From: an uncultured candidate division Zixibacteria bacterium
GTDB lineage: Bacteria; Zixibacteria; MSB-5A5; GN15; PGXB01
Reading direction: 5' to 3'
Assembly (NCBI GenBank): GCA_963702205.1
Contig: OY969724.1
Span: forward strand, 768,001 to 832,000
DNA length: 64,000 nt
Made by a program: the position numbers and the translations under genes. The notes below the pieces were generated by a model, which worked only from the letters and a program-made list of their open reading frames with translations, was not told where the DNA came from and did no database searches. Shown in pieces: positions 10,283 to 20,367 of the stretch; positions within the stretch are counted from its first letter, which is position 1; each line of letters begins with the position of its first letter.

Positions 10283-12445
10283 GTGAAGTTGGACGATAAA
10301 AACTTGAAAGATGTCATATTGATCCTTTATGATTTGATGAAAGACTCTTACTCCAAGAATAAAAATGGTTGGGTCAATCGAAAGTGGTTTATTAAAAATC
10401 TTGTAGGTTCTTATTCTGCATGGAATGATGCTTATATAAGTGCGATACTTGATATTCTTAATGAAGAAGGATATGTTATTATTTCAGGAAATGTTTTAAG
10501 ATTAACTCAGGCGTTAGTTGAGTCTTGTGGCAAGCAAGAAGTACAAAAGATATTAGACTGGAATGATCCTCATTCTATATCGCGACTAGTAAGAAATTAT
10601 GCCAGTACTATCGGGAATTCTATCTTTGGTGTCAAGAAAGTCGAATGGATTAATTATATTGAAAAACACTATTTATATTGGATATTGATAGATTATGGCG
10701 ATGAGGATGTACATTTGGGACCTGGCACGCCCGCAAGGTTAGGGAATGTATGGGGCAACATTGCAGGTTCCGACGATGGTAATGAACCAGCCTTTTATTT
10801 TATAACCCAAGAAAAAATCTATATATCTGAATCGCAAATGTCTCTTCTCGTTGATCGCGGTTACTTGATCAGTCAACTTGGCGAACAAATAGACAAGCTG
10901 GAAAAAATCCCAAGAAGATTTGTGTCATTGGTTAATGAGCCAAACAAAAGGGGACGATCAGCTACTCTACTGAGGAATTCAAATCAATTATCAGCCGGAT
11001 TAATGGCCGAATTTGAAGGCAATACTAGTCTGTTGTGGGGACCGCCGGGTGCGGGAAAAACCTATGGACTTGCATCGGTAATAACGAAATTTATAAAATC
11101 CAACCCGAATGATCGTGTACTTTTATTAGCACCATCGAATTTGGCTGCTGACGTCTTAATGCTTGAAATAATTAATGCTTTTTCGCGTAGCGGCATGAGC
11201 AGATTGGTTGATACCAGACATTTGCTAAGATACGGGTATGCTCAAAAGCACGAAATATTGATCCACGAAGAAATAATGGGTTCCTATGAACAACAAGAAA
11301 TTACTTCCCGAATTAAATGCATAAGTATGGAAATCGAGCGAACGAGGAAATCCCTTACATCAATGCAATTGGCAGAGAAACGGGCTGAATTAATGGCTTT
11401 GCGCGAGGACCTAAAACATATGGTCGAAGATCATATAATTTCATGTAACGTTGTCGTAACCAGTACAACTTTAGGGTACTTAACAAAAAGCCCAATTTTA
11501 AATTTAACTTGGGATATGGTCGTAATTGATGAAGTAACAATGGTGCCCGCTGCCATATTGTACTATTTGTCAAGATCGTCACAAAAATCTATGTTATTGG
11601 CTGGGGACCCAAGGCAATTGGGACCTGTTTTTCAAGAAAATAGAAACCTTGGTGATAATGAAAAAAGCCTTTTTGGCAAAGACGTTTTCGAGATTGCAGG
11701 CATTATGGATATTTCTTCCGAAAATATGCTATTAAAAGATTCAGGTCTTTTATACAGAATTATGGAACAAAGGCGATGTCATCCCGATATATGGAAAATT
11801 GTCGGTGGCTGGTATCCTGGTGTTAAAATAAACTATCGGAAAAATAAGAACCTAATTCAGTCGAATCTTTTCGATAAACGAGTATATCATATTAATATAT
11901 CAAATATAACTGGAATTGAGTCGGAGAAGCGTGGGAAGAGTTGGATTAATAAAGTTTCAGCGGACCTTAGTATTAAAATTATCGCGAATATCCTTAGGAC
12001 AAATCCGAAATTGACGGCAGGGATTATTTGCCCCTATTCGGCGCAAGAATATTTAATCAAAAGACTAATTGATGGACGCGACAAGAATGGATCATTGAAT
12101 TTTGAAAAAGACTTAGTCGAAGTTGGAACTGTTCATAGATTTCAAGGATCTAGCGCAGATGTTATTCTGGTGGATTTTGTTGGTAGTCAAGGAAAACGAG
12201 CATTAGGTCCACTACTGACAGGAAAAAATGGTGTTAGACTTTTAACTGTTGCATTTAGTCGAGCAAAGGAGCTTCTAATCACAATTGCTGACGATAAGTG
12301 GCATATAAGTAAATTAGATGATTGCGAAAATCCATTGCTTCAAAGGCTATTTGATTCAAGCCATCGCGTACCAATATCGGAGGCAATAAAAACGGAATTA
12401 ACAGGCTTGGATTCTATAGACATATCATGCGAATCATGGAAATGA
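10283..12445 (+). CDS. Superfamily 1 helicase, Upf1/DNA2/NAM7-like (AAA_11/AAA_12)
   Basis: WGPPGAGKT, APSNLAAD, IDEVTM, GDPRQL, QRR, PYSAQ, TVHRFQG and VAFSRAK motifs. AT-rich. Confidence 0.9.
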   Translation: MKLDDKNLKDVILILYDLMKDSYSKNKNGWVNRKWFIKNLVGSYSAWNDAYISAILDILNEEGYVIISGNVLRLTQALVESCGKQEVQKILDWNDPHSISRLVRNYASTIGNSIFGVKKVEWINYIEKHYLYWILIDYGDEDVHLGPGTPARLGNVWGNIAGSDDGNEPAFYFITQEKIYISESQMSLLVDRGYLISQLGEQIDKLEKIPRRFVSLVNEPNKRGRSATLLRNSNQLSAGLMAEFEGNTSLLWGPPGAGKTYGLASVITKFIKSNPNDRVLLLAPSNLAADVLMLEIINAFSRSGMSRLVDTRHLLRYGYAQKHEILIHEEIMGSYEQQEITSRIKCISMEIERTRKSLTSMQLAEKRAELMALREDLKHMVEDHIISCNVVVTSTTLGYLTKSPILNLTWDMVVIDEVTMVPAAILYYLSRSSQKSMLLAGDPRQLGPVFQENRNLGDNEKSLFGKDVFEIAGIMDISSENMLLKDSGLLYRIMEQRRCHPDIWKIVGGWYPGVKINYRKNKNLIQSNLFDKRVYHINISNITGIESEKRGKSWINKVSADLSIKIIANILRTNPKLTAGIICPYSAQEYLIKRLIDGRDKNGSLNFEKDLVEVGTVHRFQGSSADVILVDFVGSQGKRALGPLLTGKNGVRLLTVAFSRAKELLITIADDKWHISKLDDCENPLLQRLFDSSHRVPISEAIKTELTGLDSIDISCESWK

Positions 12446-12591
12446 TAATGTTAACATATCAGATGAAGATAACAAGAACTACCTCATTACGCCCATTTCG
12501 GATGCTCAGTTAGTAAGTAGCTCTGACTGCGCGATAGATAATTGTACTATAAAGCGATAATTACTAATAGAACCACTGGGCAATAAAGGAG

Positions 12592-13074
12592 ATGTCTATG
12601 AACAGGAATATATCGTTAGCGCAAGACCGTAAGCTAAAAAGGGCTGCGAGGGGAACTAGTGGTTGGAGCGATATCATATGGGCGCAAAGGCAATATCACA
12701 ATGAACGCGTCTATTGGCATATTGAATTTTTTGCGAAAATAACTATAGCCATTTGCGGGGGTGTTTCATATTTGGCTATAACCTCAGATGTCAAGAATTT
12801 AATCCTTGTGAGTAGGATTATATTGTTAGCATGTGTGCTTGAAGTTTTTGTTGGAATTTATTGTTCTTATTTTATTTACCTCCATAGCCTTACAAAATGG
12901 CTGAAAACGGAAAATAAAGTTGACGCGAAAAGGCGAGTTTTTAAATCGAGTGATTTTAAACAGGCATTGATGATTTTGGTCGTATCGATATTAATCTCAA
13001 TAGCATTAATATTTCTATTTCTTGAGCCGAAGTGGCTCAACACGCTATATCATGTTATTTTAAAATATTTATAA
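12592..13074 (+). CDS. Hypothetical membrane protein (about 3 TM segments)
   Basis: AAGGAG RBS, hydrophobic segments, same AT-rich composition as the helicase. Confidence 0.7.
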   Translation: MSMNRNISLAQDRKLKRAARGTSGWSDIIWAQRQYHNERVYWHIEFFAKITIAICGGVSYLAITSDVKNLILVSRIILLACVLEVFVGIYCSYFIYLHSLTKWLKTENKVDAKRRVFKSSDFKQALMILVVSILISIALIFLFLEPKWLNTLYHVILKYL

Positions 13075-13112
13075 TCGTAGGTCACGCCGACTTGCCGAAG
13101 GTCTTGAAACTG

Positions 13113-13294
13113 GTAACACACCCTTTTAGGGTGTGGTGGGTTGTATAAAGCGATCATACTGGATCTCGAACAAGTAATCCCTTTCATCAATGTTTTAATA
13201 GAAGATGCGAGGCTGGATGAATATCCGAGTTGACATGTTTAAAGCATACATCATTGCCTTAGTCTATCTCTCACACCCTGGAAGGGTGTGTTAC
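13113..13294. repeat. Inverted pair of REP-like palindromes (REPIN-like)
   Basis: GTAACACACCCTTTTAGGGTGTG (13113-13135) and the reverse-complement copy CACACCCTGGAAGGGTGTGTTAC (13272-13294). Confidence 0.75.
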
Positions 13295-13353
13295 AGAGCA
13301 TAGAACAAAAACGCCGTCGGGGGTGTCAGGTGACGGCGTGCAAAGATTAAGAT

Positions 13354-13428
13354 GTCAGGAGCGCCCTTCGCAAAACTCTCTTCGCAGACTCAGTGCAGGC
13401 AGGGCCTTCGGCACGGCTTCTGACCTAC
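13354..13428. repeat. GTAG-type REP-like element (related copy at 38101-38153)
   Basis: GTCAGGAGCGCCCTTCGC...CCTTCGGCACGGCTyCTGAyCTAC occurs at both loci. Confidence 0.7.
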
Positions 13429-13654
13429 TAAGATTGGGTGTATTTAAATCCGCTGGGATACCGCCCCAAACTGGTCGGGACAGCCGACACGACCGAACGC
13501 AAGACGGGCCGTATGATAGATTATCGTACCAACACTGCCTCCTGGTTCTGGGAAAAGTAAGAACCCGAGGCTGGTCCGAAATCGCTTGTCCGGGGCGATC
13601 TTTGTCTTTATTATCAAGGCAAAGCTATACCTTGAAATGCTGAGGAATTTGTAT

Positions 13655-14179
13655 ATGTCCGTCAAACAACTTGAAAATCTGCCCAAAGAAAAGTTGATCG
13701 GTATAATCGAGGATTTTGCCAAGAACTGGCTGGCCCACGACGGCCTCTGGTTTCAGGCGGTGGAGCACGAGTGCGACATGCAGACCGCGATCAAACTCGA
13801 TTCCGAAGCCTGGGACAAGTTCACACGCATCGAGGCCAAACGCATTATGACCCGTCATGATATTCCCGAAAACGGCGGCCTCGAAGCGCTTAAGAGAGCC
13901 CTGCAATACCGCTTATATTCGGTTTTGAATGAGCAGACGATTGTTGAAGAAACTGATAAATCATTCGTGTTTAAAATGGTCGATTGCCGGGTGCAGTCGG
14001 CGCGAAGGAGAAAAAACCTGCCTCCGTTTCCGTGTAAGTCGGTCGGGATTGTCGAGTATACCGAATTCGCCAGGACGATAGATCCGCGCATAAAGACGGA
14101 ATGCCTGGCCTGCCCTCCGGATAAAGACGAACGCGATTATTATTGCGGGTGGCGGTTTTATGTCGAGGAGACTTTATGA
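13655..14179 (+). CDS. DUF6125 family protein
   Basis: NWLAHDGLWF, CRVQSARRRK, CK.VG..EY..FA..IDPR and CPPD motifs. Confidence 0.8.
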   Translation: MSVKQLENLPKEKLIGIIEDFAKNWLAHDGLWFQAVEHECDMQTAIKLDSEAWDKFTRIEAKRIMTRHDIPENGGLEALKRALQYRLYSVLNEQTIVEETDKSFVFKMVDCRVQSARRRKNLPPFPCKSVGIVEYTEFARTIDPRIKTECLACPPDKDERDYYCGWRFYVEETL

Positions 14180-14913
14180 CCGATGACCCATTCAAATCGT
14201 TTGCCGAGCGCTATGACGCTTTTGGCCGAGATGATCCGACCATTTTGGAGTTTTTTGGTCGCCTTGTCGAGAAATACGATCTGAAATCTGTCCTGGATTG
14301 CGCCTGCGGTACGGGCGATGATATCATTTTGCTTCATTCGCTCGGTCTTGATGTCACCGGATCCGATATTTCGAGTGCAATGCTTCAGGTGGCCCAAAAG
14401 AAACTATCGGCCCACAATATAGATATTCCCTTAGTCCGGGTCGATTTCCGATATCTTCGTGAAAATTTCAACCGCGAGTTCGACGCCATCTTTTGCATGT
14501 CTACTTCTTTGCCGCAGCTGCGTGAAAAAAAAGAAATCCTGAAAGCACTTAAAAGTATGTATGATATACTCAAACCCGGTGGCATACTTGTATTATCTCA
14601 GGGGATGAGCGACCGTCAGTACAGTTTCCGACACCGTTTTATCCCGGTAATCAATACACCGGAATTTTCGCGGATTATGGTAATCGATTATTTCGAGCAT
14701 GAATGGGAAGTGCACGTTCTGGACATTATTCACACGTCGGAAAATTGCGATTTCAAGACCTCGCGGTTTCGGTATCGGACCATGCTTTGCGATGATTATG
14801 AAAAATTGCTTAAAGAAGCCGGATTTTCCTCATTCGATTTTCTGGGCAATTCGCAATTCGATCCATATGATAAAAATACAAGTGGCCAGTTGATCGTTAT
14901 AGCAAAAATGTAA
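14176..14913 (+). CDS. Class I SAM-dependent methyltransferase
   Basis: VLDCACGTG, GSDIS..ML and LKPGG motifs. ATGA overlap with the upstream gene. Confidence 0.9.
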   Translation: MTDDPFKSFAERYDAFGRDDPTILEFFGRLVEKYDLKSVLDCACGTGDDIILLHSLGLDVTGSDISSAMLQVAQKKLSAHNIDIPLVRVDFRYLRENFNREFDAIFCMSTSLPQLREKKEILKALKSMYDILKPGGILVLSQGMSDRQYSFRHRFIPVINTPEFSRIMVIDYFEHEWEVHVLDIIHTSENCDFKTSRFRYRTMLCDDYEKLLKEAGFSSFDFLGNSQFDPYDKNTSGQLIVIAKM

Positions 14914-14916
14914 CCT

Positions 14917-16308
14917 TTACCACTCGCACGGCGGGTAAGAGCCGTGATACAGCACGCCAATCAGAGTCAGAATATCTATCAGATTGCAGTCGCCACTGCA
15001 GTTGCAGTCGGCCAGGTCGGGGACGGTCGGGGTCGGACCGCCGTTGTAAATGAAATTTATCATGCCCAGGATATCAAGCAGGTTGCGATTGCTGTCCCAG
15101 TTGAAGTCGCAGTACTGTGCGGGCGCACTTTGGAGAATCGGCAGGTTGTGGTATTTGAAAAATGATTTCGGCGGGTCGGCACTGTCTTCGACGCGCACCG
15201 CGAATGTATAATTCTTAATCCGGGTGGGAGTGCCGGAAATCAGACCGCTTTCACTGATGGACAGGCCGTCGGGAAGGTTCGCCACCTGTATGGAGAAATG
15301 GTATGGCAGCACACCGCCGGTGGCGGCCACCTGGTGTGAATATTCCTCGCCGATGACGCCGGCGGGAAGGTCGGTCGAGTCGGTGATCCATACGGCGTCC
15401 ACTTCGAGCAGTGCCCCGGCAAACCCGATTCCGCAGTCGCCGTACTTGATCCAGAAGAAGCCATCGTCGCCCCACATGGTCCCCCAGCTGTTTTTCACCC
15501 TCCAGGCGCCGTCGCCGCCACATAAGTCATCGTCCCAGCCGACAATCAGGACCGCGTGCCCGGCCGCATACTCGCTGACACCATCCCACTCGTAGCATCC
15601 GCCACCATAAATATCGAAATCATCGAAGACGTCCATAGTCACGGCAATCGGCGCCACCATCACGGCCTGCTTGATTGAGTTTACGTCATCGGGCACCGAC
15701 GTCCAGTCCAGTACCTTAGCCATCACCGGGTATGAGTCTTCGGTGCACGGGACTTCGTCATTGGCCTGGTACGGCATGCTGGTCTCGAATATCGACCCGG
15801 TATCGCGGAAATGTATATAGCAAGCTTCCATCCAGCCGCCGTCACAGCCCCAATCCGGCGATACACACGACAGTATTTGTTGTTCGGAAAGATTATAATT
15901 GTACAATCTGTATATCAGGTATTGAGATTCAAGGGCCGCTACTGACGCGAATATCCAGCAGGAACCGCAGCTTCCCTGATTTCTTATGCCCGTCACTTTG
16001 CCCTGGTCTTCCCAGTTGAAGTACGACGGCAGGTCCTTGGCGCTTTTGTCGAAGCGGTTGGGATCAAGGTGCGATTCCCAGATTTCCTTCCAGTTTTCGG
16101 GCAGTTTGACGCCGCACATGTGTTTGCGTTCATCCGGGGTATAATCGGTGATGACCGAGGTGACTTTCGGCGTCCAGTCGAGCCCGAGGCGGTCGTTGAT
16201 CTGCTGTTGACGGGCAACCAGCTGCTCGGGGCTGTCTTCGGCCGAAACAGCCGCGCTTAATACGAGTAACATTGAAAGAGCCAGTAAAACGACATTGGAA
16301 ATTTTCAT
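14917..16308 (-). CDS. Secreted papain-family (C1A) cysteine peptidase with an Ig-like (He_PIG) and a C-terminal dockerin-like domain
   Basis: QGSCGSCW, GHAVLIVGW and KNSWG catalytic motifs, LPDGLSI..SGLISGTP Ig repeat, and a twin D.N....NL.DIL module. Confidence 0.92.
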   Translation of the reverse strand: MKISNVVLLALSMLLVLSAAVSAEDSPEQLVARQQQINDRLGLDWTPKVTSVITDYTPDERKHMCGVKLPENWKEIWESHLDPNRFDKSAKDLPSYFNWEDQGKVTGIRNQGSCGSCWIFASVAALESQYLIYRLYNYNLSEQQILSCVSPDWGCDGGWMEACYIHFRDTGSIFETSMPYQANDEVPCTEDSYPVMAKVLDWTSVPDDVNSIKQAVMVAPIAVTMDVFDDFDIYGGGCYEWDGVSEYAAGHAVLIVGWDDDLCGGDGAWRVKNSWGTMWGDDGFFWIKYGDCGIGFAGALLEVDAVWITDSTDLPAGVIGEEYSHQVAATGGVLPYHFSIQVANLPDGLSISESGLISGTPTRIKNYTFAVRVEDSADPPKSFFKYHNLPILQSAPAQYCDFNWDSNRNLLDILGMINFIYNGGPTPTVPDLADCNCSGDCNLIDILTLIGVLYHGSYPPCEW

Positions 16309-16514
16309 ATCAAAACCCCGGCAGTATATGATAAATCGGTATTTACGAAATTATATTTCTACACCTATAAATATAGCTCTCGCTCCATTATTGTCAATAA
16401 ATTATATATTTTAGTGCATATCTTGAAAGTTGTCGGGCCGGTGCAGGCACCAAATTATCCTTGCGCCGGAATATTCAAACGCTCAATTTTAGGCGGGTCG
16501 ACTGCGGGTGAAAT

Positions 16515-17591
16515 ATGAAAAAAGAGTATTTTGTTACAGCCCTGTTCCTTTTGATCGTCGCGGCCATATTCTATCTTTTTTATCGTCTGATGGTCCCGTT
16601 TTTTCTGCCCATCACCTGGGCGGCGGTGCTGGTAATCGTCTTCCATCCGGCTTATAAATGGCTGTTGAAAAAAGTAAAATCTCCGACTCTCACGTCGGTT
16701 ATTGCATGTATTTTGATTTTCCTGATTATTATAGGCCCGTCGCTTTATATGATGGCGTCACTGGTCAGTGAGGCGGCCAATGCCGTGACGAAAGTCAATA
16801 ACCTTTATCAAAGCGGCGAGTTGAAAACACTTCTGACGGTCAAGCTGCCGTTCTGGGGGGCAATCAAAGAAAAGCTGACCGCTTATCCACAGCTGGCGGA
16901 GATGGATTTTGAGACCATACTAAAGGACGCCATATCAGTCATGACCAAAGCCGTCGGCGGGCAGGCGACCACACTAATCGCCAATATCAGCCGGACCGTG
17001 TTTTATTTCGTGCTGATGATTTTCTCCATGTTCTTTTTCTTCCGCGACGGTGACAAAATCATAAGGGTTTTAAAAAGAATCACCCCGCTGATGCCGACCC
17101 AGGTGGCGGTGATGTATGCCCACATGCACGAGATTATCGAGGGGATGATGTACGGCGGCGTGCTGGTGGCGCTGATTCAGGGAGCGGTAGGCGGGATAAT
17201 ATTCGCCATATTCGGAATCTCCTCACCGGTGTTCTGGGGGGCAATGATGGCGTTCCTGGCGTTTTTACCGATACTGGGGCCATTTCTGGTTTATATCCCG
17301 GCCGGCATTATACTCTTTTTCGGCGGAGCGCCGATCAAAGGTATCGCGATGATCGCGATCGGCGTAGTGGTTATAAGCCAGATCGATAATTTTATCCGTC
17401 CGCTTTTGTTCACCGGTAAGACTCGTATGCACACCCTGCTGCTGTTTTTCTCGATTATGGGCGGGCTGTATATGTTCGGCCTGATCGGGATTGTCCTTGG
17501 GCCGCTTATCGCGGCGATTTTTGTATCGCTTTTGCGGGTGTTCGAGGTCCGGCTCAGCCCGGATGATGAAGCAAAGCCGGTTGCCGGATAA
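16515..17591 (+). CDS. AI-2E family transporter
   Basis: Multi-TM protein with FFFFRDG, IDNFIRP and FGLIGIVLGP motifs. Confidence 0.9.
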   Translation: MKKEYFVTALFLLIVAAIFYLFYRLMVPFFLPITWAAVLVIVFHPAYKWLLKKVKSPTLTSVIACILIFLIIIGPSLYMMASLVSEAANAVTKVNNLYQSGELKTLLTVKLPFWGAIKEKLTAYPQLAEMDFETILKDAISVMTKAVGGQATTLIANISRTVFYFVLMIFSMFFFFRDGDKIIRVLKRITPLMPTQVAVMYAHMHEIIEGMMYGGVLVALIQGAVGGIIFAIFGISSPVFWGAMMAFLAFLPILGPFLVYIPAGIILFFGGAPIKGIAMIAIGVVVISQIDNFIRPLLFTGKTRMHTLLLFFSIMGGLYMFGLIGIVLGPLIAAIFVSLLRVFEVRLSPDDEAKPVAG

Positions 17592-17792
17592 AATACCAGA
17601 AATAGTAGTCCATTATTATCCGTAACATATTGTCATGTAGTTGCTTATAACAAAATGGGTTCGTTTTTGGAAAAAATTTCGTCTTTTCCCCTCTCTTTGG
17701 ACGGTGTATTTCGGGCGTAATTTATTGCTCATAATATAGGGGGAGTGGTGGAAACAACATCGGTTTGGGGGTGGAATTGTACTTGATTCTTT

Positions 17793-18348
17793 CCACCCCA
17801 AACTTGGGGCTTGTCGAAAAACCAGTAGGTCGGCTTCCGAATCCTGACGAAGTCAGGAGAGAAAGCCGACATCTTGTTGTCGGGTTTCTCGTTACGCTTC
17901 GCTCCACTCGGAACCCGACCTACTTCTTGCACCATGCGTGCACTTTATCAACAAGCCCCAAGTTTGGGGTGGCCACCCGGTCGCCCCAAAATGTCATACC
18001 CGCGTACGCGGGTATTCAGAATTCTTGTAGCCCACCCAACAGGTGGCTGGCCGCAATCTGGCAGTTCAAAGTGGGTCAAATCTCATTGGAGATATGACAT
18101 CTTTTTCCTGGATTCCCGCCTACGCGGGAATGACATTATAGGTACGAAGTGCTTATTAGAATTCTTGTAGCCCACCCAACGGGTGGCAAGTTGCGATAAT
18201 GCACCACGCAATGAATTTGATGAATATATGGTCGGCGTAGCCCGACATTCTATGTCGGGTTTCTCGTAAGAGAAGAAAAGCTTGTTCGGTCAGGTCCTGC
18301 GTTCCGATTTATCGTGGCGTGTGACCTGACCGAATTGTAAGTCATTGA
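17793..18348. repeat. Mosaic cluster of REP-like, MITE-like and dRS3-like palindromic repeats
   Basis: Inverted repeat 17793-17821/17944-17972, GTAG-palindromes, an inverted TGTCATnCCCGC..GCGGGnAT pair (17992-18019/18108-18135), and a direct repeat AGAATTCTTGTAGCCCACCCAAC (18018, 18158). Confidence 0.8.
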
Positions 18349-18396
18349 CCCGACCTGCCATGAATATAAAAAACCCTCTAAAGATCGTTTTTCCTA

Positions 18397-18432
18397 TTGA
18401 CAAACTACGCTATTTGGCTATATTGCCAAATA
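18397..18432 (+). promoter_or_regulatory. Sigma70 promoter overlapped by a putative ArsR operator
   Basis: TTGACA (18397) -N16- TATATT. The inverted repeat TATTTGGC-N6-GCCAAATA (18411-18432) covers the -10. Confidence 0.7.
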
Positions 18433-18452
18433 ACCAAATATGAGGTTTAGTT

Positions 18453-18770
18453 ATGACGACTATGAACAAACAAAAATACGATTCACGGGCCGCGGTCATG
18501 AAGGCTATGGCGCATCCTACCCGGCTGTTCATTATAGATGAATTGTCGCGGCGGGAGCGGTGTGTCTGCGAGTTGACCGAGATGATCGGGGATGACGTCT
18601 CCACTGTTTCCAAACACCTGGCCCTTCTAAAACAGGCCGGGCTGGTCGAGATGGACAAGCGCGGTTTGAAAGTTTTTTACAGCCTTAAGGTGCCGTGCAT
18701 ATTGAGCTTTTTCGGATGTGTCGAAAGCGTTTTGAAATCACAGCTCAAACAGCTCGAAATCAAGGGATAA
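18453..18770 (+). CDS. arsR: ArsR/SmtB family transcriptional repressor
   Basis: KAMAHPTRL, ERCVCEL and VSKHL..LK.AGLV motifs. Confidence 0.92.
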   Translation: MTTMNKQKYDSRAAVMKAMAHPTRLFIIDELSRRERCVCELTEMIGDDVSTVSKHLALLKQAGLVEMDKRGLKVFYSLKVPCILSFFGCVESVLKSQLKQLEIKG

Positions 18771-18792
18771 GAAATCACCGGAGAATAATGTT

Positions 18793-20091
18793 GTGAACTG
18801 GAAACGTGAATGGAAACCGCTGGCGATAATGGTCGCCGCGTTTGCCGTGCTGTTTTATCTCCCGATCGAATCGGTGCGAGTACGCAATTCCATAATGGAG
18901 GCGTTTTATCTGGCTAAATGGTACGCCCGGGAGCATGTAATACTTTGTTTGGTTCCGGCCTTTTTCATCGCCGGCGCCATTGCGGCTTTTGTCAGCCAGG
19001 GATCGGTAATGAAATATCTCGGCGCCAAAGCCAATAAGGTTGTATCGTACGGTGTCGCGTCGGTTTCAGGCTCGGTACTGGCGGTATGCTCCTGCACCGT
19101 CCTGCCATTGTTTGCCGGGATCTATCGCATGGGGGCGGGTCTCGGCCCGGCCGTGACGTTTTTGTATGCCGGACCGGCCATAAACGTCCTGGCGATTGTA
19201 CTTACCGCCCGCGTTCTGGGATTGGAACTGGGCGTTGCCCGTGCGGTCGGGGCGATCGCGTTCAGCATCATTATCGGACTTATCATGCACCTGCTGTTTT
19301 TGCGCGAGGAGATCGAAAAGGCGGCGACCCAGGCGGCGCTTCCCGAACCGGAGGTTTCACGACCGCTGTGGAAGAACACGATCTTTTTTGCCGTTTTGGT
19401 GGCGGTGCTGGTTTTCGCCAACTGGGGCCGGACCGATGAAACCTCGGGAGTGTGGGCGTTTATATACGGCTATAAATGGCTGATTACCGGCCTTTCCGGC
19501 GCGGCGCTGGGAGCCATTCTGATTTTCTGGTTCAATCTTCCGAAGATTAAAATCGTGCTGACCGGATTGGTTGTACTTATCCTTGCCGTAGTTTTCCCGC
19601 AGCAACCTTTGATCTCTTTCGGTACGGCGGTGGTCGGTCTGTCTTTGTTGACGAGCAACCGCGACGATGAATCCGGCGAGTGGTTTTCTCAGACGTGGGG
19701 ATTCACCAAACAGATATTGCCTTTGCTTCTCGGGGGCGTGCTGGTGGCGGGACTGCTTTTGGGCCGTCCGGGCAGCGAGGGAATTGTACCATCGTCGTGG
19801 ATAAGTTCCTGGGTAGGCGGCAATTCGATTGCATCCAACCTGTTCGCATCGGTGGTCGGGGCGTTTATGTACTTCGCGACTCTTACCGAGATTCCGATTC
19901 TTCAGGGTCTGCTCGGAAACGGTATGGGCAAGGGCCCGGCCCTGGCGCTGCTGCTGGCCGGGCCGGCATTGTCCCTGCCCAATATGCTGGTGATACGCTC
20001 GGTGATGGGCACGAAAAAGACGATCATATTCGTACTATTGGTAATTGTCATGGCCACCGTAACCGGGATCGTCTACGGAGCCATATTTTAG
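18793..20091 (+). CDS. ArsP/DUF318 family permease
   Basis: Multi-TM protein with AVCSCTVLPLF, FLYAGPAIN and MYFATLTEIPI motifs. Confidence 0.88.
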   Translation: MNWKREWKPLAIMVAAFAVLFYLPIESVRVRNSIMEAFYLAKWYAREHVILCLVPAFFIAGAIAAFVSQGSVMKYLGAKANKVVSYGVASVSGSVLAVCSCTVLPLFAGIYRMGAGLGPAVTFLYAGPAINVLAIVLTARVLGLELGVARAVGAIAFSIIIGLIMHLLFLREEIEKAATQAALPEPEVSRPLWKNTIFFAVLVAVLVFANWGRTDETSGVWAFIYGYKWLITGLSGAALGAILIFWFNLPKIKIVLTGLVVLILAVVFPQQPLISFGTAVVGLSLLTSNRDDESGEWFSQTWGFTKQILPLLLGGVLVAGLLLGRPGSEGIVPSSWISSWVGGNSIASNLFASVVGAFMYFATLTEIPILQGLLGNGMGKGPALALLLAGPALSLPNMLVIRSVMGTKKTIIFVLLVIVMATVTGIVYGAIF

Positions 20092-20100
20092 GAGGCATAA

Positions 20101-20349
20101 ATGAAAGAGATAAAAATACTGGGGCCGGGGTGCGCCAAATGTGTCGAGCTGTTCGAACGCACGCGCAAGGCCGCCGATGAACTCGGGCTCGAATGCGACG
20201 TGCGCAAAATCAGCGACATCAAGGAGATCATGAATTACGGCATCATGATGACCCCGGCGCTGGTGGTCGACGGGGAGGTTAAAGTGTACGGTAAGGTGCC
20301 GTCGGTTGATGCGTTGAAAAAGATGATATCGGGGCAGGGGGGAGTTTAA
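20101..20349 (+). CDS. Small redox-active disulfide protein (Thioredoxin_3 family)
   Basis: ILGPGCAKC and TPALVVDG motifs, GGAGG RBS. Confidence 0.9.
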   Translation: MKEIKILGPGCAKCVELFERTRKAADELGLECDVRKISDIKEIMNYGIMMTPALVVDGEVKVYGKVPSVDALKKMISGQGGV

Positions 20350-20367
20350 ATTGGTCATATGGCAAAG

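Noticed and set aside
17616..18170. Several short overlapping ORFs (also 13323-13643, 20533-20841, 22071-22331, 37921-38139)
   Set aside because: They are translations of palindromic repeat DNA with no convincing RBS or protein motifs.
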